Notes under the pieces: generated by a model
Databases searched by the model: none
What the model was told of the DNA's origin: nothing
The model's input: only the letters and a program-made list of their open reading frames with translations
Made by a program: the position numbers and the translations under genes
Origin: Candidatus Cloacimonadales bacterium
Lineage (GTDB): Bacteria; Cloacimonadota; Cloacimonadia; Cloacimonadales; DAONDQ01
Length of the DNA: 64,000 nt
NCBI GenBank assembly: GCA_963662275.1
Contig: OY759316.1
Location: 768,001 to 832,000, forward strand
Reading direction: 5' to 3'
Shown here: in pieces, positions 10,378 through 19,518 of the stretch
Layout: each line of letters opens with the position of its first letter
How positions within the stretch are numbered: position 1 is the first letter of the stretch

Positions 10378-12657
10378 ATGGAACAAACGAATCTCGATCA
10401 GAGTCCAAGCGAAATCAAGATATCTGATTATTTGCCAATGATTCTTCAATACCGTTTACTAATTATAGGGATTTTTCTCCTGGTATTTGCAGGAACCGTG
10501 GTTTATACTGCGAGATTACCGAAGATCTATGAATCTTCTGCAAAAGTACTATTACAGGACAAAGCTGATAATCAACAAATGTTATTCCTTCAAGTACCGG
10601 GTATCGGACCTTCTACAATTAATAATAATATGGAGATAATGAAGAGTCGTCCCGTTGTCGCATTAGCTTATCAGATTATGCTGAAAAATAAAGATGCTAA
10701 TAGTTTCCCTGTCACAAAATCTGCCAGCCCAGTAAGTACACTTAAAAGTCTCTTCCGTGTTGATTCGAAGCGAGATACCGATATATTAACTATAAGCTAT
10801 GATTCAACTGATCCCGTTGAGACAATGGTCGCTGCAAATGCTTTAGCTGAAGCACTTGAGCAACAAAACACACAATATGCAAGATTAGAATATACGAATA
10901 TTCGTGAATTTCTTGAATCTCAACTTGATGCTATTTCCAGAAGGCTTCAAACTTCCGAGGAGGATTTGAGGACATATAAAATTGAAAATGGGCTCACCGA
11001 ATTGAGCCAAGAAACTTCTTCCTTGATCTTGAAATCTGCTGATATACAAGTGTATTATGAAACAGCTCAAATGGACTATAGCGTGGCAAAAAAGACGCTG
11101 AATTTTTTATCAAGTCAATTGATACAGCAGGATTCCATGTTAACCGATGTAAATTCTATTATATCTACACCATATGTTGAAGTATTACGGCAAAATATTG
11201 TAACTAACCAAGCTTTGTTGTCTAAACTGATCACAAAGAATAACTACCCCTCTGATCATCCCCAGATAATACAACTGAATAATGAATTAACAAATGCAAA
11301 GGAAAAACTCCAGTTGGAATTAGCTAAAATACTGGATAGAAGTTTAAGTCAAAATCCTCTTGAATTTAGGGGACAATTGGTACAAAAAATTTCAGCAGCG
11401 CAAGTCGAATTGGTTGCTGCCCAAGCTAAAGTTGATGGTCTCAAATCAACAGTTGATTCATACAATCAACGGATCATGGTACTTCCGGATAAAGAACTGG
11501 AATTAGCACGCTTAACACGTAATATGGTGCTGGATGAAAAAATACATGATATGATGGTTGAAAAGTATGAAGATGCTAAAGTGGCTGAACAGGCAAAGAT
11601 GGGTAATATACGTATCATCGAGCGTGCTGTTGTACCTTCGTATCCTATAAAACCGAAACCCTCTGCGAATTATCTTATGGGTATCATATTAGGATTAGGG
11701 TTGGGAATTGGTGCTGCTTTTCTTGTTCATTCCCTGGATACCAGAATTCGAACTCTTGATGATATTGAAACCTTCGTTAAACTACCGATATTAGGAACAA
11801 TACCAGTCATACAAGAAGCGGAATCAGATTTAGAAGAATTCAATCAATTAATTGAAAAAGCAGATGGCGAATCTAAAACAGAACTGACCAGATCTCTGCA
11901 ATATGTTATGGCTCAGTTAGTTTCTCACTATGCGCCAAAATCTCCAATAGCTGAATCATATCGTACTTTACGTACAAATATTATAGCAAAAAAACCACCA
12001 CGTTCGGTAACAATTCTGGTTACCAGTTCAGGACCTAAGGAAGGTAAATCCACTAGCATCGCTAACATGGCTGTTACTTTAGCACAGATGAATGCGAAAG
12101 TTATCCTTGTTGATCTTGATTTACGTCGACCAATGATCCAGAATAAATTCATGATCGATAAAGAAAATGGAGTAAGTGATTATCTAATTGATTCTAATCT
12201 GACAGTTGCTCAGGTTGCCAAACATACCGAGATTCCAAACTTGGATGTGATTACCAGTGGTTTCATACCTCCTAATCCATCCGAAATGCTTTCGTCAAAA
12301 CGATTTGATGAGCTTATTCTGGACTTAAAAGAGAATTATGACTTTATACTGTTTGATTCACCTCCAGTTATTGCGGTAACAGATGCTTTGATTTTAGCAA
12401 AGAAAGTGGATATGTTATTGATGATCGTCAGAATCGGATTGACAGAGAAAGGAATAGTAAAAAGGGCTCGTGAATTACTTGCTAATGTAAATGCGAAAAT
12501 TGATGGAATCGTTGTCAACGGTATTCAAATTAATAGATATTATTCGAAACAGAATAATTATTATTACTATTACTACTATTATTACGGCGAAGATGTGCCC
12601 AAAAAAGATAAGAAGTTTTTCGCGAAACTCCTACGCAAAGATAAATCTCTATCTTGA
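10378..12657 (+). CDS. wzc: Polysaccharide co-polymerase / tyrosine autokinase (Wzc family)
   Basis: Two TM segments with coiled-coil, Walker A GPKEGKST, DLDLRRP, FDSPP, C-terminal Tyr cluster. Confidence 0.9.
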   Translation: MEQTNLDQSPSEIKISDYLPMILQYRLLIIGIFLLVFAGTVVYTARLPKIYESSAKVLLQDKADNQQMLFLQVPGIGPSTINNNMEIMKSRPVVALAYQIMLKNKDANSFPVTKSASPVSTLKSLFRVDSKRDTDILTISYDSTDPVETMVAANALAEALEQQNTQYARLEYTNIREFLESQLDAISRRLQTSEEDLRTYKIENGLTELSQETSSLILKSADIQVYYETAQMDYSVAKKTLNFLSSQLIQQDSMLTDVNSIISTPYVEVLRQNIVTNQALLSKLITKNNYPSDHPQIIQLNNELTNAKEKLQLELAKILDRSLSQNPLEFRGQLVQKISAAQVELVAAQAKVDGLKSTVDSYNQRIMVLPDKELELARLTRNMVLDEKIHDMMVEKYEDAKVAEQAKMGNIRIIERAVVPSYPIKPKPSANYLMGIILGLGLGIGAAFLVHSLDTRIRTLDDIETFVKLPILGTIPVIQEAESDLEEFNQLIEKADGESKTELTRSLQYVMAQLVSHYAPKSPIAESYRTLRTNIIAKKPPRSVTILVTSSGPKEGKSTSIANMAVTLAQMNAKVILVDLDLRRPMIQNKFMIDKENGVSDYLIDSNLTVAQVAKHTEIPNLDVITSGFIPPNPSEMLSSKRFDELILDLKENYDFILFDSPPVIAVTDALILAKKVDMLLMIVRIGLTEKGIVKRARELLANVNAKIDGIVVNGIQINRYYSKQNNYYYYYYYYYGEDVPKKDKKFFAKLLRKDKSLS

Positions 12658-13465
12658 TGTTCTCGGATTGCTTCCAGATGGGTACCATGAAATCAAGACC
12701 ATTTTTGCAGAGATTGATGTTGCTGATGTTCTGAAATATACTTTGACAAGAACTAAGAACATCGAAATTTTGACCAACGTGAATGCTATATCCAATCAGG
12801 ATAATCTTGCAGTTAAAGTTGCAAGTTTTATTCAAGAGAAATACCAAGTTCCTTATGGTGTTCGGATTGAATTGAAAAAAAATATTCCTTTAGCTGCTGG
12901 CATGGGTGGGGGTAGCAGTAATGCAGCAGTGACAATACGGTCTCTATCTGATTTGTGGGAGCTGAAGTTACCTGAAGCAGAAATGATGAGTATAGCTGCA
13001 AAGTATGGGAGTGATGTTCCATTTTTTTTATATGGTGGTACTATGCTTGGTAGCCACAAAGGTGAGAAACTGGCATTATTAGCGCCATTTATTTGGAATT
13101 ATATTCTATTAGTAAAACCATATTTTGGAGTTTCTGCAAGTGAAGCTTATGCTTCAGTGGAATACAACGAAAAAGCAACGAATTGGGAACAATTGATCAG
13201 TTCTGGCGATGTAAAAATGTGTTTTAACCGTCTTCAGGCAGGAGTAATTAGACAGTACCCTGTTATTGGTGAAATTATTACGGAGATGAATAAAACTGGA
13301 GCCATAAAGACAATTATGACTGGAAGTGGTTCAACATGTGTTGGATTTTATAATGATTCAAGCACGATGCAAAAAGCAAAGGACCATTTTGAAATAAAAG
13401 ATTACTGGACATGTTGTACTAAGACTCGAAATCAATCCAACATGAATTTTGAAGTTAATGAATGA
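12593..13465 (+). CDS. ispE: 4-diphosphocytidyl-2-C-methyl-D-erythritol kinase
   Basis: AKINLYLDV, KNIPLAAGMGGGSSNAA, GSDVPFF, MTGSGS; start moved to ATG 12593. Confidence 0.93.
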   Translation: MCPKKIRSFSRNSYAKINLYLDVLGLLPDGYHEIKTIFAEIDVADVLKYTLTRTKNIEILTNVNAISNQDNLAVKVASFIQEKYQVPYGVRIELKKNIPLAAGMGGGSSNAAVTIRSLSDLWELKLPEAEMMSIAAKYGSDVPFFLYGGTMLGSHKGEKLALLAPFIWNYILLVKPYFGVSASEAYASVEYNEKATNWEQLISSGDVKMCFNRLQAGVIRQYPVIGEIITEMNKTGAIKTIMTGSGSTCVGFYNDSSTMQKAKDHFEIKDYWTCCTKTRNQSNMNFEVNE

Positions 13466-13471
13466 GGGAAG

Positions 13472-14419
13472 ATGTTTTCAAGACTTAAGATTTTTGCTGG
13501 TAATGCTAATCGGGAATTAGCAGAAGAAGTGGCAAAATTTGCGGGTATTCCACTTGGAGATATGGATATCTTCAAGTTCTCAAATGACGAGTCATTTGTT
13601 AAAATCAATGATAACGTCAGGGGAACGGACGTCTTTATTATTCAGCCAACGTGCTATCCAGTCAATGACAATATGATGGAATTATTGATTATGATAGATG
13701 CCTTTAAAAGAGCATCAGCACAAAGGATAAATTGTGTAATTCCATATTATGGATATGCTAGGTCAGATAAGAAGGATCAGCCGCGTGTTCCTATAACAGC
13801 AAAACTCGTGGCAGATTTGATTACTCAAGCTGGAACGAATCGAGTCATTACAATGGATTTGCATGCAGACCAGATTCAAGGATTTTTCAACATTCCTGTG
13901 GATCATTTGTATTCAATTCCCATTTTTGCCAGATATTTTAAGTCGATAATACCTTTGGATAATGTGGTTGTGGTATCACCGGATTCTGGAGGAGCAAATC
14001 GCGCTAGAGCTTTAGCAAAACGGTTAAACTGCAGTTTAGCTATTGGCGATAAACGGCGTCAAGGAAACTCAGATCAAACAGAATTGCTCAACATCATAGG
14101 TGATGTAGCTGGAAAAGAAACAATTCTTTTTGACGACATCATTGACACAGGTGGCTCATTAGTAAAAGTGGCAATGGCATTAGAGAAATTTGGTGCAAAA
14201 AAAATATATGCTGCTTCGGTACATGGAGTTCTTTCTGGAAAGGCGATCAACAACTTGGAAAATTCGCCTATAGAAAGATTATTCATCACGAATTCGATAC
14301 CTTTAAATGAAAAAAAGAGAGCATGTTCCAAAATTGTTCAATTGTCAATTGCGGAGATGCTAGCGATAGCTATTAAAAAGGTACATATTGAGGAATCGAT
14401 CAGCAGTCTTTTTAGATAG
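13472..14419 (+). CDS. prs: Ribose-phosphate pyrophosphokinase
   Basis: PYYGYARSDKK, MDLHADQIQGFF, VVSPDSGG, DDIIDTGGS. Confidence 0.97.
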   Translation: MFSRLKIFAGNANRELAEEVAKFAGIPLGDMDIFKFSNDESFVKINDNVRGTDVFIIQPTCYPVNDNMMELLIMIDAFKRASAQRINCVIPYYGYARSDKKDQPRVPITAKLVADLITQAGTNRVITMDLHADQIQGFFNIPVDHLYSIPIFARYFKSIIPLDNVVVVSPDSGGANRARALAKRLNCSLAIGDKRRQGNSDQTELLNIIGDVAGKETILFDDIIDTGGSLVKVAMALEKFGAKKIYAASVHGVLSGKAINNLENSPIERLFITNSIPLNEKKRACSKIVQLSIAEMLAIAIKKVHIEESISSLFR

Positions 14420-14436
14420 AATCATGTGGAGGAAAA

Positions 14437-15048
14437 ATGATATTCAGATTGGAAGCTACAAAGCGTACCGTCGGTAAGAAATCGCTTAATCATGTATTGC
14501 GTAAGAACGGGATGATCCCTGCTGTTATTTACGGTCAAGGAAAAGAGGGATTATCTATTAGTCTTAACAAAGTGCAATTTGTGAAAGAGTATAAAAAGAG
14601 TATCGGCGAACTAGCCTTTTTCAACATCGTAGTTGATGGCAAAGAATACAACACCGTTATTAAAGAAAAACAGATTCACCCCGTAAAACGTGATGTGATC
14701 CATGTTGATTTTCTTGAACTGCATAAGGATATACAAATCAGAATTGATATTCCATTAAAGTTCAACGGTCAACCTGAAGATCTTAGAAATGGTGGTATTC
14801 TGGAAATCGGTATGCGTCATCTCTCAGTAACATGTTTACCTGCAGAAATCCCACAAGATTTCGAAGTAGATGTTTCCAGACTCAAAATTGGACAAAGCAT
14901 TCATGTTAAAGATGTAGATGTAAAATCATTGCATATTCATGATTCCTTGGATTTAACTATCATCAGTATGCATGCTGCACGCGGACAGGAAAAAGCAGAT
15001 CAGATAGCAGAAGCAGCAGCAGAAACGGAGAAAAATGAAACTAAATGA
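14437..15048 (+). CDS. rplY: 50S ribosomal protein L25/Ctc
   Basis: IPAVIYG, QIHPV...HVDF; prs-rplY-pth synteny. Confidence 0.95.
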   Translation: MIFRLEATKRTVGKKSLNHVLRKNGMIPAVIYGQGKEGLSISLNKVQFVKEYKKSIGELAFFNIVVDGKEYNTVIKEKQIHPVKRDVIHVDFLELHKDIQIRIDIPLKFNGQPEDLRNGGILEIGMRHLSVTCLPAEIPQDFEVDVSRLKIGQSIHVKDVDVKSLHIHDSLDLTIISMHAARGQEKADQIAEAAAETEKNETK

Positions 15049-15626
15049 AACTAATCATAGGATTGGGAAATCCCGGTAAAGAATACAGGTTTACCCGTCA
15101 TAATATTGGTTTCTTAGTATTAGATCATTGGGCTGAAAATCGTGGTCTGGTTTTTCAGAAAGAATCAGACTATGATTTTATCCGTTGGAAAAATAACCTG
15201 ATTATTAAACCTACTACGTTCATGAACTGTAGTGGACAAGCGATTCGCAGATTATTAAATAAGTATCATAATTTAGAAGATATTTTAGTTATCGCAGATG
15301 ATATTTATCTTTCTTTTGGAGAGATCAGGATTCGAGAAAAAGGGGGAGATGGCGGTCATAATGGTTTAAAATCCATTATTGAGGTTCTCAACTCACAAGA
15401 GTTCAAGCGCATGCGAATCGGGATACAAGAACCAGCGCAACAGAGCCTTCGTGATTATGTACTTTCAGAATTTTCAGCAGAAGAAACGCAAATGTTAGAG
15501 AAACTTCTGGACGAAGTAACCAAGTTGGTAGATTTGTTCTTAAGTAGAAATTATCAAGTAATGGCTGATGCTTACAGCCAAAATAAAAAAACCTATTCCG
15601 GTAAATCCAAAACCGGGATCGAATGA
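15045..15626 (+). CDS. pth: Peptidyl-tRNA hydrolase
   Basis: GLGNPG...TRHNIGF, KPTTFMN, GGHNGLKSI. Confidence 0.97.
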   Translation: MKLIIGLGNPGKEYRFTRHNIGFLVLDHWAENRGLVFQKESDYDFIRWKNNLIIKPTTFMNCSGQAIRRLLNKYHNLEDILVIADDIYLSFGEIRIREKGGDGGHNGLKSIIEVLNSQEFKRMRIGIQEPAQQSLRDYVLSEFSAEETQMLEKLLDEVTKLVDLFLSRNYQVMADAYSQNKKTYSGKSKTGIE

Positions 15627-15642
15627 CCAAAGGAGGAAACGA

Positions 15643-15933
15643 ATGATACGATCTTACGAGAGTATGATCATTTTAGACCCAACATTGAACCAAGAAGAAT
15701 TAGAGAAAGAAAACAACAAGATTCTCGATTTTATCAGGGATAATGGAGGAGAAGTGATCAAGACAGACATTTGGGGAAAACGTCGATTAGCATATCTAAT
15801 CGCCAAAAAGAGTGAGGGTTTCTATCTTATCAATTACTTCCAATTTGAATCAAAGAATACAAAAGTGATTGAAAAATTCTATCAGATTAATGAAAGGATA
15901 CTACGGTTTAATCTCATTAATTTAGAGCAATAG
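15643..15933 (+). CDS. rpsF: 30S ribosomal protein S6
   Basis: YESMIILDP, WGKRRLAYLI; AGGAGG RBS before ATG 15643. Confidence 0.95.
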   Translation: MIRSYESMIILDPTLNQEELEKENNKILDFIRDNGGEVIKTDIWGKRRLAYLIAKKSEGFYLINYFQFESKNTKVIEKFYQINERILRFNLINLEQ

Positions 15934-15942
15934 GGGGGTATA

Positions 15943-16377
15943 ATGGCTATGGATTTAAAGGTTCCAAGATTGAATGTTGTACTGATTAGCGGACGTGTTA
16001 CACGTGATCCGGAACTTCGGTACACCCAGAAAGGTACTGCTACGTTACGTTTTTCTATTGCTGCTGATCGTTCAATTAAAGATGAAAATGGGAACTTTCA
16101 GAATGTAACAACTTTTGTTGATATTATGACTTGGACAAAATTAGCGGAAATCTGCGCTGAAAATCTTCATAAAGGCAGTCCGGTGATTGTTCAGGGACGT
16201 TTGGAAATACGAAATTATACGGATCGTGATAATCAGCAAAAGAAAATTACTGAGATCGTAGCTGAAACAGTGCAATTTCTCGAATATAAAACCAGAACAG
16301 ATAGTGCTGTCGAGGATAATCTACACGAATCTGAGCCTGTAAACCCACCTATTACTGATGACGATGTTCCATTTTAA
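15943..16377 (+). CDS. ssb: Single-stranded DNA-binding protein
   Basis: GRVTRDPELRYT; acidic DDDVPF tail. Confidence 0.97.
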   Translation: MAMDLKVPRLNVVLISGRVTRDPELRYTQKGTATLRFSIAADRSIKDENGNFQNVTTFVDIMTWTKLAEICAENLHKGSPVIVQGRLEIRNYTDRDNQQKKITEIVAETVQFLEYKTRTDSAVEDNLHESEPVNPPITDDDVPF

Positions 16378-16388
16378 GAGGAGAGAAT

Positions 16389-16625
16389 ATGAATACTTAC
16401 GATAAAAAGAAGAAGTTCGGAAAGAAAAAGGTATGCCGTTTTTGTGTTAACAAAGAACTGCAACTTAATTATAAGAATATTGATATGTTCCGCAGCTTTA
16501 TTTCGGATGTTGGAAAAATTGAGCCTGCTCGTATTACCGGTAATTGCTCGAAGCACCAGAAACGAATTGCATCCGAAATTAAACTTGCTCGTCAAATGGC
16601 TCTTATTCCATACGTGATAGAGTAA
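16389..16625 (+). CDS. rpsR: 30S ribosomal protein S18 (Zn-binding type)
   Basis: CRFC, GKIEPARITGNCSKHQ, ARQMALIPY. Confidence 0.97.
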   Translation: MNTYDKKKKFGKKKVCRFCVNKELQLNYKNIDMFRSFISDVGKIEPARITGNCSKHQKRIASEIKLARQMALIPYVIE

Positions 16626-16634
16626 ACTACACAG

Positions 16635-17525
16635 GTGTTATTAACGGCTGTTTTTACGGCTTTAATAAGTCTTATATCCCCATTTTTGGGTTTGATCTTT
16701 CTCATTGCTAGTGGCGGGAAGAGTATCATTAGGAACTTCTCGCACGGATATGTGTTTTTCATTCTGTTCAGCGGAATCGTGGTTCTAACTACGCAGTTAG
16801 GTTTATTTCCTGCGGATTTAGTCAGATATGTGGATGTATTGATCGGTGTCGGTTTAGGATCATTCATTTTTTTTGTTTTTCTATTGAAAACTTCAAAATA
16901 TGAATCTTCCATCCTCGCTTTCAGTGGTTTCACTATCCTCTATGCATATGTAAGATCCCGTCTGTTCGGATCGTTCATGCTGCAAAATTATGATCTGATG
17001 GTTGAGTTAAACCCATCATTATTGCCCATGGGTAAGAGTTTGACCCCTGAACAAATAACGATGTTTAAGTATATCGTAAAACTGGGCAGGGATCTCATCG
17101 ATCATTATAATATAGCATTATGGTGTATCGCTATGATCATCGCAGTATATCTTGGATCACTTCTGCTCACAAGAAGTAGGGTCATGACATGGGATCATAA
17201 ATTCCTGAAATTACCTTATGAATTGATCTATCTCTTTATTGGAACAATGATCTTGATTGTAATACCGCTAACAAAAGTCTTAGGACTTAATCTGTTACTT
17301 GCGATATTGCCACTGTATCTGATTCAGGGAAATGCTGTCCTGGATTTTTTCTGGGGTGTTCATTTTGCCAGGTCGCCACTATTACGGTTGTTGTTAATCC
17401 TGGTGATACTTTTGAATTACCCTCTGTTGGTTCTTCTAGCTTTAGTTGGACTGTTTGATAATTGGTTTAATTTCCGAAAAATAGAAATAAGGGAGGAAAA
17501 TGATGAAAATCATTTTGTTGAGTGA
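16635..17525 (+). CDS. DUF2232/YybS-like membrane protein
   Basis: Polytopic; QG and GLFDNWFNFRK end; rpsR-yybS-rplI synteny. Confidence 0.75.
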   Translation: MLLTAVFTALISLISPFLGLIFLIASGGKSIIRNFSHGYVFFILFSGIVVLTTQLGLFPADLVRYVDVLIGVGLGSFIFFVFLLKTSKYESSILAFSGFTILYAYVRSRLFGSFMLQNYDLMVELNPSLLPMGKSLTPEQITMFKYIVKLGRDLIDHYNIALWCIAMIIAVYLGSLLLTRSRVMTWDHKFLKLPYELIYLFIGTMILIVIPLTKVLGLNLLLAILPLYLIQGNAVLDFFWGVHFARSPLLRLLLILVILLNYPLLVLLALVGLFDNWFNFRKIEIREENDENHFVE

Positions 17526-17946
17526 CATAAATAAGTTGGGTTCGACAGGTGATGTCTTGACCGTTAAGGATGGCTATGCCAGGAATTACTTATTACCTCG
17601 AAAATTTGCGATCATAGCAACCGCTTCGAACTTAAAGCAGCTTCAATCCATCAAGGAAAGAGCATTAAATGAAAAAGAACTAAAACTACAACAAATGAAG
17701 TTAGTAGCAGATTCAATCAATTATGCTGAACTGGTTTTTGTTCGTAAGGTTGATGAAAATGGTCATCTTTATGGTTCTGTTTCTGAAACTGATATCGTTC
17801 ATGGGCTTGCAGAAAAGGGAATTGAAATTCACAGAAATATGGTTGAAATAGAACATCATTTGAAAGAACTCGGATCTTTCAAGGTACAAATTACCTTGGC
17901 TAAAGATATTGTTGCTTCACTAAGTGTAAGGATTGAACAAGAATAA
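17500..17946 (+). CDS. rplI: 50S ribosomal protein L9
   Basis: LGSTGDVLTVKDGYARNYLLP, HLYGSV. Confidence 0.97.
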   Translation: MMKIILLSDINKLGSTGDVLTVKDGYARNYLLPRKFAIIATASNLKQLQSIKERALNEKELKLQQMKLVADSINYAELVFVRKVDENGHLYGSVSETDIVHGLAEKGIEIHRNMVEIEHHLKELGSFKVQITLAKDIVASLSVRIEQE

Positions 17947-17962
17947 AGCAACGGGAGAAATC

Positions 17963-18541
17963 ATGAAAAAGTTTTTTGTGATCTTGAAGACCATTATTAT
18001 TTGGTTTGTGTTTATCGCTGCATTATCAATGATTGGAATTACCTCAGATTTCAAGAATAAGGGGCTTGTTTTAGCACTCTATTTTTTGTTTTTTGCTGCT
18101 GTTTTTGGTGTGATTCTATTAGTCATTCGTTCCAAACAAGGTAGAGACCTTGAAGTAAAAAAACAATGGATTTGGTTACCAAGGATTGTTGGTAGTATTC
18201 TGATTATATTTGGAGTGTTACTTCCGGCTTTAACATTGGGAAGAGTTCAAATTCCCAACCTGAAACCCAACTTTTTTGTAGAACTATTACTAACTATTGT
18301 TTTAGTTGGTATTGGAGCATATGCTATTAAAATGATCAACACAGCTAAGAGTCAGAAGAGTCTGGCTTCAGTTGGGGGGTATGTCCTTCTAATTGCGGAA
18401 TCATGTGTACCTGGATTATTAATTTCCAGATTTGATTCAAGCAATGATACTCTTGGTGTTGTTTATTTCGCAGCAATCTTTGTCTCAATTCTATGCTGGT
18501 GGGGATTTTCTATGTTAAAAGGTCATCAGCACGAAATCTAA
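17963..18541 (+). CDS. Hypothetical integral membrane protein (~6 TM)
   Basis: Hydrophobic ORF; GGGAG RBS before ATG 17963. Confidence 0.75.
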   Translation: MKKFFVILKTIIIWFVFIAALSMIGITSDFKNKGLVLALYFLFFAAVFGVILLVIRSKQGRDLEVKKQWIWLPRIVGSILIIFGVLLPALTLGRVQIPNLKPNFFVELLLTIVLVGIGAYAIKMINTAKSQKSLASVGGYVLLIAESCVPGLLISRFDSSNDTLGVVYFAAIFVSILCWWGFSMLKGHQHEI

Positions 18542-18869
18542 AATATCCTGGCAGCACGCTGCCAGTCCCTTAAGAGATTTAATTTTCCGTCTCGCTGGAG
18601 AAAAGTACAAGACATTAGTTGAGATCGCTTTGTTGTGGGAGGACTTGGTAGGTCCTCTTTTAGCAGAGCGATCTTTTATTTCTCATTTGGATCAGAATGT
18701 CCTTTTTGTTGGTGTGACAAATTCGACTTGGATGCAGGAATATGTCATACTAAAGCAACCGCTAATTACAAAATTACAAGATCGCGGTTTTTCTCAAGTA
18801 ACCGATATCGTATTTGTCATAAAAAGAGCAAAAAAGACTAGTAAACGTCGTGAGAGGAAAAATGCTTAA
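18531..18869 (+). CDS. DUF721/DciA family protein; start uncertain (ACG at 18531 proposed; first canonical codon TTG 18630)
   Basis: WEDLVG...LFVGVTNSTWMQE...KL motif typical of DUF721; frame open from 18519. Confidence 0.65.
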   Translation, partial: TKSKISWQHAASPLRDLIFRLAGEKYKTLVEIALLWEDLVGPLLAERSFISHLDQNVLFVGVTNSTWMQEYVILKQPLITKLQDRGFSQVTDIVFVIKRAKKTSKRRERKNA

Positions 18870-19518
18870 GATTGCTCCATCCTTTTTATCTGCTGATTTT
18901 TCACAAATTAAACTAGAACTGGAAAAGCTTACAGTTGCGCAACCGGATTGGCTTCATTTAGATGTGATGGATGGTCACTTTGTCCCGAATTTAACATTTG
19001 GTCCACCTCTGATTGAAAAGATTCGGAATCATACGGATTTGCCCCTTGATGTTCATTTAATGGTCACAAATCCATCCGATTATATTGAGCAACTAGCCAA
19101 GATTGGAGTACAGTGTATTTCTTTTCACCAGGAAACCATTTTCCATGCTCATAGGTTAGTGCATCTGATTAAGGATAGGGGTGTTTTGGCTGGTATTGCA
19201 CTCAATCCAGCGGCACCGGTTCATACTTTAAAAAACTTACTTGCGGACTTGGATTTTGTGCTATTAATGAGTGTTAATCCGGGTTTTGGTGGACAGGAAT
19301 TCTTACCTCTTGTACTTCCTAAAATCGCTGAACTCAAGATATTGTGTGAATCAATAAATCCGAATTTATTGATTGAAGTAGATGGTGGTGTGAACGATGA
19401 GAATGGTAGGGATCTTGTGAAAGCCGGAGCAGATATATTAGTTGCCGGCTCATTCATTTTTAAGGCAAAAGATTATAAGGAACAAATCAGGAGATTGAGA
19501 TTATGTTCGGAGATTTAG
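18862..19518 (+). CDS. rpe: Ribulose-phosphate 3-epimerase
   Basis: IAPSFLSADF, HLDVMDGHFVPN, MSVNPGFGGQ, EVDGG. Confidence 0.97.
   Translation: MLKIAPSFLSADFSQIKLELEKLTVAQPDWLHLDVMDGHFVPNLTFGPPLIEKIRNHTDLPLDVHLMVTNPSDYIEQLAKIGVQCISFHQETIFHAHRLVHLIKDRGVLAGIALNPAAPVHTLKNLLADLDFVLLMSVNPGFGGQEFLPLVLPKIAELKILCESINPNLLIEVDGGVNDENGRDLVKAGADILVAGSFIFKAKDYKEQIRRLRLCSEI

Noticed and set aside
12491..12592. Extended ispE N-terminus from the ORF track
   Set aside because: It is the off-frame reading of the wzc Tyr cluster; homology starts near 12593.
13466..13471. tRNA-Gln often found between ispE and prs
   Set aside because: Only 6 bp separate the genes; no tRNA was seen.
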